A stretch of DNA of 64,000 bases from an uncultured Gemmatimonadota bacterium (GTDB lineage Bacteria; JAAXHH01), in NCBI GenBank assembly GCA_964593235.1, contig CAZQGS010000033.1, forward strand, positions 99,071 to 163,070, given 5' to 3'. This document shows, in pieces, positions 20,101 through 29,618 of this stretch (its first letter is position 1; every line of letters starts with the position of its first letter). Both the position numbers and the translations under genes were made by a program. Under the pieces are notes generated by a model. The model was not told the origin of the DNA and made no database searches. It saw only the letters and a list, made by a program, of their open reading frames with translations.

Positions 20101-20204
20101 TGTGTAGATCAGAGATATTATATAAAGATACAAAAGTTAGAACAACATATTGTATTATTTATTAGAGATTTTATTTTTCTTCGTCTTAAATAAAGGATTA
20201 ACTA

Positions 20205-21047
20205 ATGATTTATGGGGCAGGAAAATATCAGTATGAAAAATGTGTTGGGTGGGGGGCGGAACGAATACTTGGTATAGCGACGGGCGTAGCCGTTAATTCT
20301 GATAACTATGTTTATGTCGTCGATAGAGAACCTAACCCTGCCGTGGTAGTTTATGATAGTAATGGTTTGGTGTTAAATGAGTGGGGGCAGGATATCTTAA
20401 TTTACCCACACGAAATATGGATAGACAAAGAGGATCAGGTGTATATACCTGATTGCGGGACAAATACAGTTCGTATATTTACGAAAAATGGAGATTTGGT
20501 TCAAACATTGGGTACCGTAAATCAGGTTGGAAACCTCGGATTACCATTTAATAAGCCAACCCGAGTAGTGAAGGGGCCTTCTGGGGATTTTTATATCTCG
20601 GACGGATATGGACAGTGCTATGTTCATCAAATAACGCAGTCCGGTAATTTGATTAAATCTTGGGGCGGTAGGGGTAGTTCTCCAGGGATGTTTACATTAC
20701 CTCACAATATTTTCCCTACATCAGATGGTAGACTTCTTGTGGCTGATCGAGAACCTAACAATAGAATTCAGGTTTTTGATTCAGAAGGGGAGCTCCTTTC
20801 GGTATGGAACGGTAGGCCACAGCCGTGTGGTATATTTGTTGATAGTGAAAATATCGTTTACCTAGCTGAAGGAGGAGGGGTATCTATCCTTGATATGAAT
20901 GGATCCCTTATAACCCAGTGGGTTGTAACCGGGGGGCCCGACAATATCCCCCATGGTCCTCATGGGATATGGGTAGATAAGGAAGGGAATATCTATGTGG
21001 GTGAAGTTGGAGTTGAAAATCTCATACATAAATTTGCCAGAATCTAG
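20205..21047 (+). CDS. NHL-repeat beta-propeller protein
   Basis: Six repeats of the YV.D..N.R.. type typical of NHL/PAL-like propellers. 280 aa. Confidence 0.7.
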   Translation: MIYGAGKYQYEKCVGWGAERILGIATGVAVNSDNYVYVVDREPNPAVVVYDSNGLVLNEWGQDILIYPHEIWIDKEDQVYIPDCGTNTVRIFTKNGDLVQTLGTVNQVGNLGLPFNKPTRVVKGPSGDFYISDGYGQCYVHQITQSGNLIKSWGGRGSSPGMFTLPHNIFPTSDGRLLVADREPNNRIQVFDSEGELLSVWNGRPQPCGIFVDSENIVYLAEGGGVSILDMNGSLITQWVVTGGPDNIPHGPHGIWVDKEGNIYVGEVGVENLIHKFARI

Positions 21048-21062
21048 TAATGTGGAGGAATA

Positions 21063-21278
21063 ATGTTCAAGACCAATTCAAATCACCAATTTCCTCTATG
21101 GATTTGGTTTGTCTATTTGTTTCTGTTTACATTTTCTATTCCTTGGTATCTCCCCGAAGTTAATCCTCTTCCAATTTGGCTAGGAGTACCCTTTTGGGTT
21201 GTTATCTGCCTAGGCATGTTTCTAATCATAGCCTGCTTTACTATCTTCGTAATCTATAAGTTTTGGGCGGAGGATTAA
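21063..21278 (+). CDS. small membrane protein accessory to Na+/solute symporter (DUF3311-like)
   Basis: 71 aa with two TM segments, immediately upstream of the SSS transporter gene and sharing its operon. Confidence 0.5.
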   Translation: MFKTNSNHQFPLWIWFVYLFLFTFSIPWYLPEVNPLPIWLGVPFWVVICLGMFLIIACFTIFVIYKFWAED

Positions 21279-21284
21279 TATACC

Positions 21285-22745
21285 ATGGTAGATCAGCCAT
21301 ATGGATTTGGTGCTTTGGCATTTCTAGCTTTATATCTAATCTTGATGATTATTTTGGGATATGCCGCTCGGGCTCGGCGAAAAGTTGACAATATGTCCTC
21401 TTTCTATCTGGCGGACAAGAACTTAGGGGCAATAGTGTTGTTTTTTACCCTCTATGCAACCCAGTATAGCGGGAATACCTTAATTGGGTACCCTGGAGAA
21501 GCCTATCGATTAGGATTTAGTTGGATTATGAGTATCGGATTTATGATGGCAATAGTCGTAGTATATCTCCTCTTTGCACCTACTCTATATCATTTATCTC
21601 GCAGATGGCAGTTTGTAACTCCAGGTGACTGGATTACCCATAGGTTTGGGAATACCAAACTAACAGTTTTTGCAAGCTTCCTATTTGTGGTCGCCATCGC
21701 TAACTATTTGCTTGCACAGCTCCTCGCTGTCGGGCATATCGTGTCAGGGTTGTCTGGTGGTTCTATACCGTTCTGGGTTGGGGTCGTGGTCCTTGGTATT
21801 ATTATACTATTCTACGAAACACTAGGAGGAATGCAGGCTGTGGTTTGGACGGACTGTATTCAAGGGTTATTACTTTTCATGGGACTAATTGGAATATTAA
21901 TGGTTATTCTAACCGGTAGTGATCGACTTAGTGAAGCCACTAATTGGCTTATTATTCATCAACCATTTAAAACAAGTCTTCCAGATGGAAATAATATTCG
22001 AACTTGGGTAAGTACTATAGTACTCGTAGGTTGCGCGGCAGCGGTTTATCCTCAAGCGATCCAAAGAATTTTTGCTGCTCGTAGCAGTCGCAGTCTGAAG
22101 CGTTCTTTCGCTTTTATGGCTTTTATGCCGATGGTGACTATATCCTCGGTTGTCCTTATTGGGATTCTAGCGATCCCTCAGTTTTCAGGGGTTAAAGGAC
22201 TAGAAACCGATCAAGTCATGCCACTTTTACTTAAAATCTGGGCGGCAGAATCAGTATGGCTTTATTGCATGACTATCCTTGTTCTTACCAGCATTGTTGC
22301 CGCAATTATGTCCACAGCTGATTCTGTACTTCTTAGTCTTTCTTCTCTTTTAGTAAAAGATGTTATAGGTCAATCTAGGCTGGCTATCTCTTCTGAAGCT
22401 CGATTAACTTCGTGGGGAAAGTATCTTTCCTGGACTATTATGGCAATTTTAGTTTTAATAGCTTTGAGCCCCGGCCTCACATTATGGGGGTTAATCGAGC
22501 TTAAACTGGAAATTTTGATTCAAACAGCCCCTCTTTTTATTCTGGGTGTTTTGTGGAGAAAGTATAACGCTGTTGGTGCCACTGCTGGCCTTGCACTAGG
22601 AACTTTGGTGGCTGCGGGTCTTACCCTTGCAGGTCTCGGCAAATTATGGGGTTGGCATGCAGGTGTTTTGGGACTCTCGGTAAATATAATTACTGCAGTT
22701 TTTGTAACTATGTTCTCAGAAAATAAAATTTCTAACAGAAACTAA
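21285..22745 (+). CDS. sodium:solute symporter family (SSS) transporter
   Basis: 486 aa with about 13 TM helices. The SSF N-terminal pattern FYLADKNLG ... YATQYSGNTLIGYPG is present. Confidence 0.8.
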   Translation: MVDQPYGFGALAFLALYLILMIILGYAARARRKVDNMSSFYLADKNLGAIVLFFTLYATQYSGNTLIGYPGEAYRLGFSWIMSIGFMMAIVVVYLLFAPTLYHLSRRWQFVTPGDWITHRFGNTKLTVFASFLFVVAIANYLLAQLLAVGHIVSGLSGGSIPFWVGVVVLGIIILFYETLGGMQAVVWTDCIQGLLLFMGLIGILMVILTGSDRLSEATNWLIIHQPFKTSLPDGNNIRTWVSTIVLVGCAAAVYPQAIQRIFAARSSRSLKRSFAFMAFMPMVTISSVVLIGILAIPQFSGVKGLETDQVMPLLLKIWAAESVWLYCMTILVLTSIVAAIMSTADSVLLSLSSLLVKDVIGQSRLAISSEARLTSWGKYLSWTIMAILVLIALSPGLTLWGLIELKLEILIQTAPLFILGVLWRKYNAVGATAGLALGTLVAAGLTLAGLGKLWGWHAGVLGLSVNIITAVFVTMFSENKISNRN

Positions 22746-22788
22746 CAACCCTAACTATTTAAAAACAAGGTTGTTTTGATCGGATTGG

Positions 22789-24033
22789 TCAGGTATTTGG
22801 ATTTTGCTTCAGGTAGGCTTTAACAGAAGTTTCTATCCGTTCCAATGCTTCAGTAAGAATTGATCTCGGGCACGCAATGTTAATTCTCTCAAATCCTTCA
22901 CCTTCTGAACCAAATATGTAACCTTGGTTTAGGTAAACTCTCGCATCATCCATGATAATTTTTTCTAGAGCTTCTTTATCCAGCCCCAGTCCTCGAAAAT
23001 CTACCCAAACCAGATAACTACCTTCGGTTTTGGTAACGGAAACTTCTGGTAGACGTTCATGAAAGAAATTAATAAGAAACCTAAGATTATCATTAAGATA
23101 ACTGACTAGTTGGTCCAACCATTCTTCACCGTAATTACAGGCGGCTTCAACAGAAGCAATACCGAAAGAGTTTAGTGTGAATATACCTACACTCCTAAGG
23201 GCACTCTGAAACTTCTTTCGTAACTTACTGTTGTGGATAATGATGTTTGAGGCTTGGAGGCCAGCAAGGTTAAATGTTTTACTGGGTGACGTGCATATTA
23301 TGGATAGGTCTTCGTATTCCGGACCTAAAGTAGCATAGGGTACAAATTTATTCTCGCCAAGAATGAGATCACCATGTATCTCATCGGAAACTACTAGAAC
23401 GTTGTTATCTATGCAAATTCTACCAAAGGTTTTAAGCTCTTCCCTCGACCAAACTCTACCAACAGGATTATGAGGACTGCAAAGAATCGCTAATTTAACA
23501 GATGGATCGGCACATTTTTGGGAGAGGTCATCAAAATTCATCTGGTACTGATTGTTTGTGTAGCAAAGTGGGTTGAAGGTTACTTGAGTACCTGTTTGTT
23601 CAGCAATGTCATAAAAAGGGTAGTAGACGGGGGTTTGTATCAAGACCCTATCTCCAGGATTGGTGTAAGCGGAAACAATAAGATGGAGAGCCGGTACTAC
23701 ACCCGGAGCAATACAGATGGTATTTTTCTTAATAATCCAATTGTGTCTTCGATGCATCCATCCAACTACAGCATCATAGTATGACGGGGGCGGGACACTA
23801 TATCCATAGATGCCTGTCTTAGCTATTTCATTTACAGCATCTATGATGGGTTGCGCACATAAAAAATCCATATCAGCAACCCATAATGGGAGGACGGGTC
23901 TATCATGGATCGAAGAATCAGTCTCGTCCCAGGGGATAATTTTTCCATCTCGACGGACAAAATCCCATTTGTAAGAGTTGGTTCCGTTTCTATCAATTAG
24001 TTTGTCAAAGTCGTAATTCATTAAAAAATCCAA
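22789..24033 (-). CDS. PatB/MalY-type PLP-dependent C-S lyase (class I/II aminotransferase fold)
   Basis: MNYDFDKLIDRNGTNSYKWDF N-terminus characteristic of MalY/PatB cystathionine beta-lyase-like enzymes. Contains SPSKTFNLAGL with the PLP-binding lysine. Confidence 0.8.
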   Translation of the reverse strand: MDFLMNYDFDKLIDRNGTNSYKWDFVRRDGKIIPWDETDSSIHDRPVLPLWVADMDFLCAQPIIDAVNEIAKTGIYGYSVPPPSYYDAVVGWMHRRHNWIIKKNTICIAPGVVPALHLIVSAYTNPGDRVLIQTPVYYPFYDIAEQTGTQVTFNPLCYTNNQYQMNFDDLSQKCADPSVKLAILCSPHNPVGRVWSREELKTFGRICIDNNVLVVSDEIHGDLILGENKFVPYATLGPEYEDLSIICTSPSKTFNLAGLQASNIIIHNSKLRKKFQSALRSVGIFTLNSFGIASVEAACNYGEEWLDQLVSYLNDNLRFLINFFHERLPEVSVTKTEGSYLVWVDFRGLGLDKEALEKIIMDDARVYLNQGYIFGSEGEGFERINIACPRSILTEALERIETSVKAYLKQNPNT

Positions 24034-24235
24034 TTTACTCAGGGCTTTAATAAGTTATCTAATCAATTCTAAACAATTTAATCATGCCTAGCAGTCTATG
24101 GTAACTGCTTACTGAAGCTGTGTCAATTCACAATTAACAGTTGCCAACCCCCCTTTTTACCTATAACATCATGATTCGATATATTCCTGCTTAAGTACAC
24201 GTTTTTAATAGTCTTAAATCAGATTTTTGCAAAGT

Positions 24236-24262
24236 AAACGGTTATAATCCCTATAACTGTTT
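24236..24262. promoter_or_regulatory. near-perfect palindrome AAACGGTTATA-N5-TATAACTGTTT overlapping a TATAAT -10-like hexamer, about 50 bp upstream of the NHL gene at 24308
   Basis: Read directly in the sequence: 10/11 complementary positions, with TATAAT at 24243..24248. Confidence 0.35.
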
Positions 24263-24307
24263 ATCCTTTCGGGGCATAGTTCAGATTCTATAGAAAGACA
24301 ACAAGAA

Positions 24308-26428
24308 ATGAATATAATTCAAAAAATGGATAACCTTCCTTCTGGAGAATTGATCGTTTTAGCCGGGGTTGGCCAGCGGGTAGATATTCCAGCTCGGGAA
24401 GCAGATGCTGGCTGGCCTATGGGAGTTGTTCGCCGACCCGATGGTGAGTTGGTTGTTGTTGATTATCAATGGCATAGAATATGGCGGATTGATAAAAATG
24501 GGATTTTGCGCGCTTTAGCGGGAGATGGAATTGCTGGTAATTCAGGAGATGGAGGGTTAGCTACTGAGGCTAGGTTATGTCATCCTCATGACATGTGCCA
24601 GGATCAACAGGGCAACCTATATTTTTCAGATCTGGGTAACCATACGATTCGGCGCATTGACTACAAAACTGGTATAATTTCTCGTGTAGCTGGTAATGGA
24701 AAGATTGGTCGAGGTGGAGATGGTGGTCCGGCTCTTGAAGCAGAATTAGATTGTACTTGTGGAGTGGCTGTAGACAGACAAGGTAATGTATACTTGTCAA
24801 GTGAATGGACAAACAATATTCGGAAGATTGATATAAATACTGGTTTAGTGAAAACAGTTTTTGGTCATAATGCTCGTCACTATCCTTCTGAACAAGGTCA
24901 AAGTCGGCCATATGCCGGGAAAGGGCTTAGCTTAGGTGGATATCATGGAGACGGTGGTCCTGCCCAGGATGCAGGTTTCTTTCATCCTGAGCATCTAGCA
25001 TTTGATTCGCAGGGTGATCTATACGTATGTGATAATTCTAATGATCGTATTCGGCGTATCGATATGAAATCTGAAATTATAAATACAGTGTTAGGAAATG
25101 GCCAGAAAGCTTCTAATGGTGATGGGGGATTAGCTTCAGAAGCAAGCACGCTTATGCCCGATGCAATCTGTTTGGATAAAAATGACAATCTTTACGTTGG
25201 GGAAAAATATGGCTTCAGAGTTCGAAAAGTGGACCGAAAAACAGGCCGCGTCACTACATTAGTAGGGACTGGAGAACCCGGTTTTGGCGAAGAAGGATTG
25301 CCAGGAATAAACACGCGATGTAACTCCGTAGAAGCCGGAATTTACGCTGATCCTGACGGGACAGTATTTTGGGGCGATTGCTCGGGGCGGTTACGTTGTT
25401 GTGACGGCAAAACCGGAATTGTAACTACAGTTCTCGGAGGCACTAGTGTTCATGATGGAGAGACCGCTATAGCTGGTTTCCTAAATGGACCTGGTGGACT
25501 TTCGGTTGGTCCTGATGGGAAAATCTATATTGCAGATGTTTGGAATCAACGTATAAGATCGCTCGATCCGGTTACAAAAATCATTAGTACGGTTGCCGGT
25601 TCTGGTGCCCGTGCTTATGGTGGTGATGGTGGCCCAGGTGTTGAGGCCCATTTGGGGAACCCTCATGATATTTCAGTAGACAAATTTGGTAGAGTCGTTA
25701 TAGCTGACACAAGACATGGGCATGTCCGAAGATTGGATGATAAAGGTATTATCTGGAATATTGCTGGGTCTGCTTTCCAATGGGATAAAGGAGATGGTGG
25801 TCCAGCTCTAAGTGCTTGCTTAATGCACGTTCTCTCGGTAACTCACAGTCCTCAAGGCGATATCTACGTTGGGGATGCGGGTTGCGGTCGTATTAGAAAA
25901 ATAGACGCAATAAGTGGTGTTATTGTTACTGTAGTTGGTACTGGCCAAATCGGTTATTCAGGAGATGGTGGTCCAGCAGTTCATGCAAGAATTGGATCGC
26001 CTACAGCTATCAGAGTTGATAGGTCAGGCAACTTATATTTTGCAGATGATCATTTTCACGTCATTAGGCGCGTCGACGGAACTACCGGAATCATATCTAC
26101 ACTTGTTGGAACAGGGGAGAAGGGTTTTACCCAAGACCATTTGAAAGCATCTGATGCTAAGATTTCTTGTCCCCGAGGCCTGGCTCTAGATAGTAAAGGT
26201 TCTGTGTACTTTTCAGATACTGGGAATAATCTTGTGCGCTGTGTTACTCCAGATTCCCAAATCCAAACGGTTGTTGGAAATGGAGGTTTTGGAGATAATG
26301 ATAAGCAGGTAACGGCAAGTAAGGCCGTTTTAAATCAGCCCCATGGTTTGTGCTTTTACGGAGATGATATTCTTTTAATAAGTGACCACTTTAATAACCG
26401 CTTAAAAGCTGTTCGAGTTTCTATCTGA
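24308..26428 (+). CDS. large NHL-repeat protein (tandem beta-propellers)
   Basis: At least 12 repeats carrying the G(D)GGPA..A.L..P signature. 706 aa. Confidence 0.75.
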   Translation: MNIIQKMDNLPSGELIVLAGVGQRVDIPAREADAGWPMGVVRRPDGELVVVDYQWHRIWRIDKNGILRALAGDGIAGNSGDGGLATEARLCHPHDMCQDQQGNLYFSDLGNHTIRRIDYKTGIISRVAGNGKIGRGGDGGPALEAELDCTCGVAVDRQGNVYLSSEWTNNIRKIDINTGLVKTVFGHNARHYPSEQGQSRPYAGKGLSLGGYHGDGGPAQDAGFFHPEHLAFDSQGDLYVCDNSNDRIRRIDMKSEIINTVLGNGQKASNGDGGLASEASTLMPDAICLDKNDNLYVGEKYGFRVRKVDRKTGRVTTLVGTGEPGFGEEGLPGINTRCNSVEAGIYADPDGTVFWGDCSGRLRCCDGKTGIVTTVLGGTSVHDGETAIAGFLNGPGGLSVGPDGKIYIADVWNQRIRSLDPVTKIISTVAGSGARAYGGDGGPGVEAHLGNPHDISVDKFGRVVIADTRHGHVRRLDDKGIIWNIAGSAFQWDKGDGGPALSACLMHVLSVTHSPQGDIYVGDAGCGRIRKIDAISGVIVTVVGTGQIGYSGDGGPAVHARIGSPTAIRVDRSGNLYFADDHFHVIRRVDGTTGIISTLVGTGEKGFTQDHLKASDAKISCPRGLALDSKGSVYFSDTGNNLVRCVTPDSQIQTVVGNGGFGDNDKQVTASKAVLNQPHGLCFYGDDILLISDHFNNRLKAVRVSI

Positions 26429-26501
26429 CAATTCAAAAAGTTCAGAGTAGTTTTTAAAACACTGGGAAATATACTGTGTCCATTTCATGATGGGAGTTTT
26501 A

Positions 26502-27632
26502 ATGAAGATTACAGAAATAAAAACAGCAGAAGTTTCAATCAAATCAGGGGAAACGACCTATAATTACAAATATATTCGGGTCTATACAGACGAAGGAATT
26601 TATGGAACAGGTGAAGCTAGCCATATTGATCGGGGTTGGCGAGAATCAACCCGGCACATGGCGAAAATGATCATAGGTATGGATCCTCGAAATGTGGATT
26701 CATGTTTCGAACTGATACGTCGAAACTACATCTTCATGGGAGGCGCTGGGGGGGCTGCGATTTCTGCGTTGACCGGTATTGAAATTGCACTCTGGGATCT
26801 TGCTGGCAAGGCTCAAAAAATCCCGGTATACGGGCTACTCGGTGGGAAATTTAGAGATCGAATCCGGTTGTACGTGGATAGTGCGCATACAGCTTATGAT
26901 GAGCGAGCTGCTGAAGTAAAGGAAAGAGGTTTTACCGCGATAAAATTCGATCTTGATGATGCTAAAAATCCTCACAAGATTGATCCATGGAATTGGTCGG
27001 TAACTCCTGATGAATTAAATTCTCTTCTAACACAGGCCTTCAATATTAGGGAGGGAGTCGGTGCTTCCTTAGATCTCGCTATAGATCTCCACGGGAGATA
27101 TGATGCCACTGCAGGTATGAAATTAGCCCAGGAGTTGGAACCCCTAAATCTTTTGTGGCTTGAGGAGCCAGTTCCGCCAGAAAATATTGATGCATTATCT
27201 AAGATTACGCATGCCACAGGAACACCAATATGTGTGGGTGAAAATCTTTATCTGCGTCATGGCTTTCGAGATTTGTTACAACAACAGGCAGCTGATATAA
27301 TTATGCCGGATATCTCAAAGTGTGGTGGTTTATCTGAATGTCGTAAGATTGCCAATATGGCTGAGCTGTATTATGTGCCCTTTGCTCCACACAATAACTC
27401 TAGTGCACTTAGTACGGTTGGTGATGCGCATGTTTGTGCCAGCGTTCCTAATTTTCTAGTACTAGAATACCATCGTTTTGATGACCCAACTTGGGATGAT
27501 GTCCTAGCAACAAATACATCAGTTATTAAGGATGGCCATGTAGTTTTAACAGATGCTCCTGGTCTAGGCGTCGAACTCAATGAGGAATTTTTGCAAACAT
27601 ATTCGACAGACGAAGGACCTTTGTGGCAATAA
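26502..27632 (+). CDS. enolase-superfamily enzyme (mandelate racemase / muconate lactonizing / acid-sugar dehydratase type)
   Basis: MKITEIKT...YIRVYTDEGIYGTGEAS capping domain plus a barrel domain with metal-ligand D/E residues. GGGAG RBS before ATG 26502; the ORF-track start 26487 is probably upstream of the true start. Confidence 0.8.
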   Translation: MKITEIKTAEVSIKSGETTYNYKYIRVYTDEGIYGTGEASHIDRGWRESTRHMAKMIIGMDPRNVDSCFELIRRNYIFMGGAGGAAISALTGIEIALWDLAGKAQKIPVYGLLGGKFRDRIRLYVDSAHTAYDERAAEVKERGFTAIKFDLDDAKNPHKIDPWNWSVTPDELNSLLTQAFNIREGVGASLDLAIDLHGRYDATAGMKLAQELEPLNLLWLEEPVPPENIDALSKITHATGTPICVGENLYLRHGFRDLLQQQAADIIMPDISKCGGLSECRKIANMAELYYVPFAPHNNSSALSTVGDAHVCASVPNFLVLEYHRFDDPTWDDVLATNTSVIKDGHVVLTDAPGLGVELNEEFLQTYSTDEGPLWQ

Positions 27633-27827
27633 CCTCGCTACTGCTCTAACTATATGGTTTTTCCCAAAGGTATCTTCTTTTATTTTTTTAAAAAACCTAC
27701 CTACTGCGGAACGTATGTTATTAAGGGACTCCGTAGTAATTTAATCAAGTAGGAACGATATAATATAGACCTATATTTTTGATTAAAGTGATGAAAATTT
27801 AAGTCCATTCTAGGAAAGGGAAACCTC

Positions 27828-28826
27828 ATGATAAGAGTAGGCTGTATTGGACTTGGTGGTATGGGTATGCACCAGGCTAAGACTTTTGATAAAGTAGAGG
27901 GCTGCCAATTAGTTGCCGGATCTGATTTGTCCCCCGAGATGCGGGAAAGATTTAGTAAAAACTTTCCTGAAACAAAGCTATATGATAGTCCTGAGGATCT
28001 TATTAATAAAGGCAACGTTGATGCTATCGTAGTCGCAGTTCCGACAGGCCTACATTATTCTACTGTTTCGATGGTCCTCAGCGCAGGTATACCCGTAATG
28101 GTTGAAAAACCAATGACCCGAACAGTAGATGAGGGGCGGAAATTGATAGAGCAAGCTGATACAAAGAATACAGTATTGATGGTTGCTCACTGTCGTAGAT
28201 TTGACCCATATTGGAAATCTTGGGGAGCCCATGTGGCTTCTGGAAAGCTCGGAAGGCCTATTCTTTGGCGTAATGCTATGGCAGGTTTTGGCCCTGGGCG
28301 GTGGTATATGGACCATGATATGGGAGGTGGCCCACTAATGGATGGTGCAATTCACAATTATGACTTCGCTAATTTTCTTTTTGGCGACCCCCAAACTGTC
28401 CTATCCAGCTCAATTAATATGGATCCTAATGTATCAGCTATAGATACATGCACAGCGATTGTCAGATTCAGTGATGAAAACCAATTACTTGTATCTTGGA
28501 GTTGGGGAGCCCTAGGGAATGGTCTCCATGATGTTATTGGTCCTAAGGGCTTTATCCAGTTTGGTTTTGGAGATCTCGAGGAACCAGAAGATAAAGATTT
28601 ATACCAGTATTGTTGTTTCACTAATCAACTTGGTGACCAGAAGCTAATAAAATCTCCGATTAATCCTGATATGTATACCTATCAAGCTGAGCATTTTCTT
28701 TCCTGTGTTCGGGACGATGTTACATGTCTTTCACCTGGGACAGAAGCAATTAAAGCTGTTGCTATAGCTGAAACTATCCTTCAAGCTGGTCCTTTGGGGG
28801 AAGCTAAGGAGGTCTCTTGGAAGTAA
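27828..28826 (+). CDS. Gfo/Idh/MocA family oxidoreductase
   Basis: MIRVGCIGLGGMG Rossmann start. 332 aa. Confidence 0.8.
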   Translation: MIRVGCIGLGGMGMHQAKTFDKVEGCQLVAGSDLSPEMRERFSKNFPETKLYDSPEDLINKGNVDAIVVAVPTGLHYSTVSMVLSAGIPVMVEKPMTRTVDEGRKLIEQADTKNTVLMVAHCRRFDPYWKSWGAHVASGKLGRPILWRNAMAGFGPGRWYMDHDMGGGPLMDGAIHNYDFANFLFGDPQTVLSSSINMDPNVSAIDTCTAIVRFSDENQLLVSWSWGALGNGLHDVIGPKGFIQFGFGDLEEPEDKDLYQYCCFTNQLGDQKLIKSPINPDMYTYQAEHFLSCVRDDVTCLSPGTEAIKAVAIAETILQAGPLGEAKEVSWK

Positions 28827-28907
28827 AGAGTGGAAAGATAAACTAGTAAAAAACCAGAACTAGGATGAAATACCGGATGTTACTTATCTAACAACAGGAG
28901 AACCCTA

Positions 28908-29354
28908 ATGAATTACCTTCTAAATTTTATTATGGATCATCCCGGTAAAATGAACTTTGGTTTACTGATTATACGTATCATTGTTGGCTTCAGTATGGCT
29001 GCTTTTCATGGTTGGGGAAAAATTACGGCCCCCGATAAGTGGGTAGCAATAGGGGGTAATATGAAGCTAATAGGGATCACATTTCTACCAGGATTTTGGG
29101 GTTTTATGGCGGGTTTTGCAGAATTCTTCTGCTCTATACTACTGATTCTTGGACTTTTCTTTCGACCTGCAACGACACTTCTAGCCATCACCATGATACT
29201 TGCAGTTTTACGTCATTTATCGTTACCCACAGGTGATCCTGGTTCTGGATTAAGTGGTGCATCTCACGCAATGGAGCTCGGAGCAATATATATCGCTCTC
29301 TGGTTTACCGGCCCAGGAAAGTATAGTTTGATGCCTGGTATAAAGAAAAACTGA
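28908..29354 (+). CDS. DoxX family membrane protein
   Basis: 148 aa with four TM segments. GLLIIRIIVGFSMAAFHGWGKI matches the DoxX signature. Confidence 0.7.
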   Translation: MNYLLNFIMDHPGKMNFGLLIIRIIVGFSMAAFHGWGKITAPDKWVAIGGNMKLIGITFLPGFWGFMAGFAEFFCSILLILGLFFRPATTLLAITMILAVLRHLSLPTGDPGSGLSGASHAMELGAIYIALWFTGPGKYSLMPGIKKN

Positions 29355-29618
29355 ACTGGTTTTTAAGAATAATAGATGAAGGACTAACTATTAAAAATCA
29401 GGAGTTATATCAGCCACTGAAAGGTTTTTATGGTCCGCAGATTATAGGTGGATTTAGTAGATCAGAATAGCCTTTTTTGCTAGGTAGGTGTTGGAAATCT
29501 AAAAATTTCGATGTCACTTTAGGGGTGTTATTTCTTGTTAAAAGTCATTTGTTATAAAATTACCTGAATTACCTATTTTAGCTTGAATTTCCACTGTTAT
29601 TGATAAGAATATTCGCTG

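Noticed and set aside
29355-29618. Expected bidirectional terminator between the convergent DoxX and desaturase genes.
   Set aside because: No convincing GC-rich hairpin followed by a T-run could be found by eye in this 264-bp AT-rich spacer, so none is reported.
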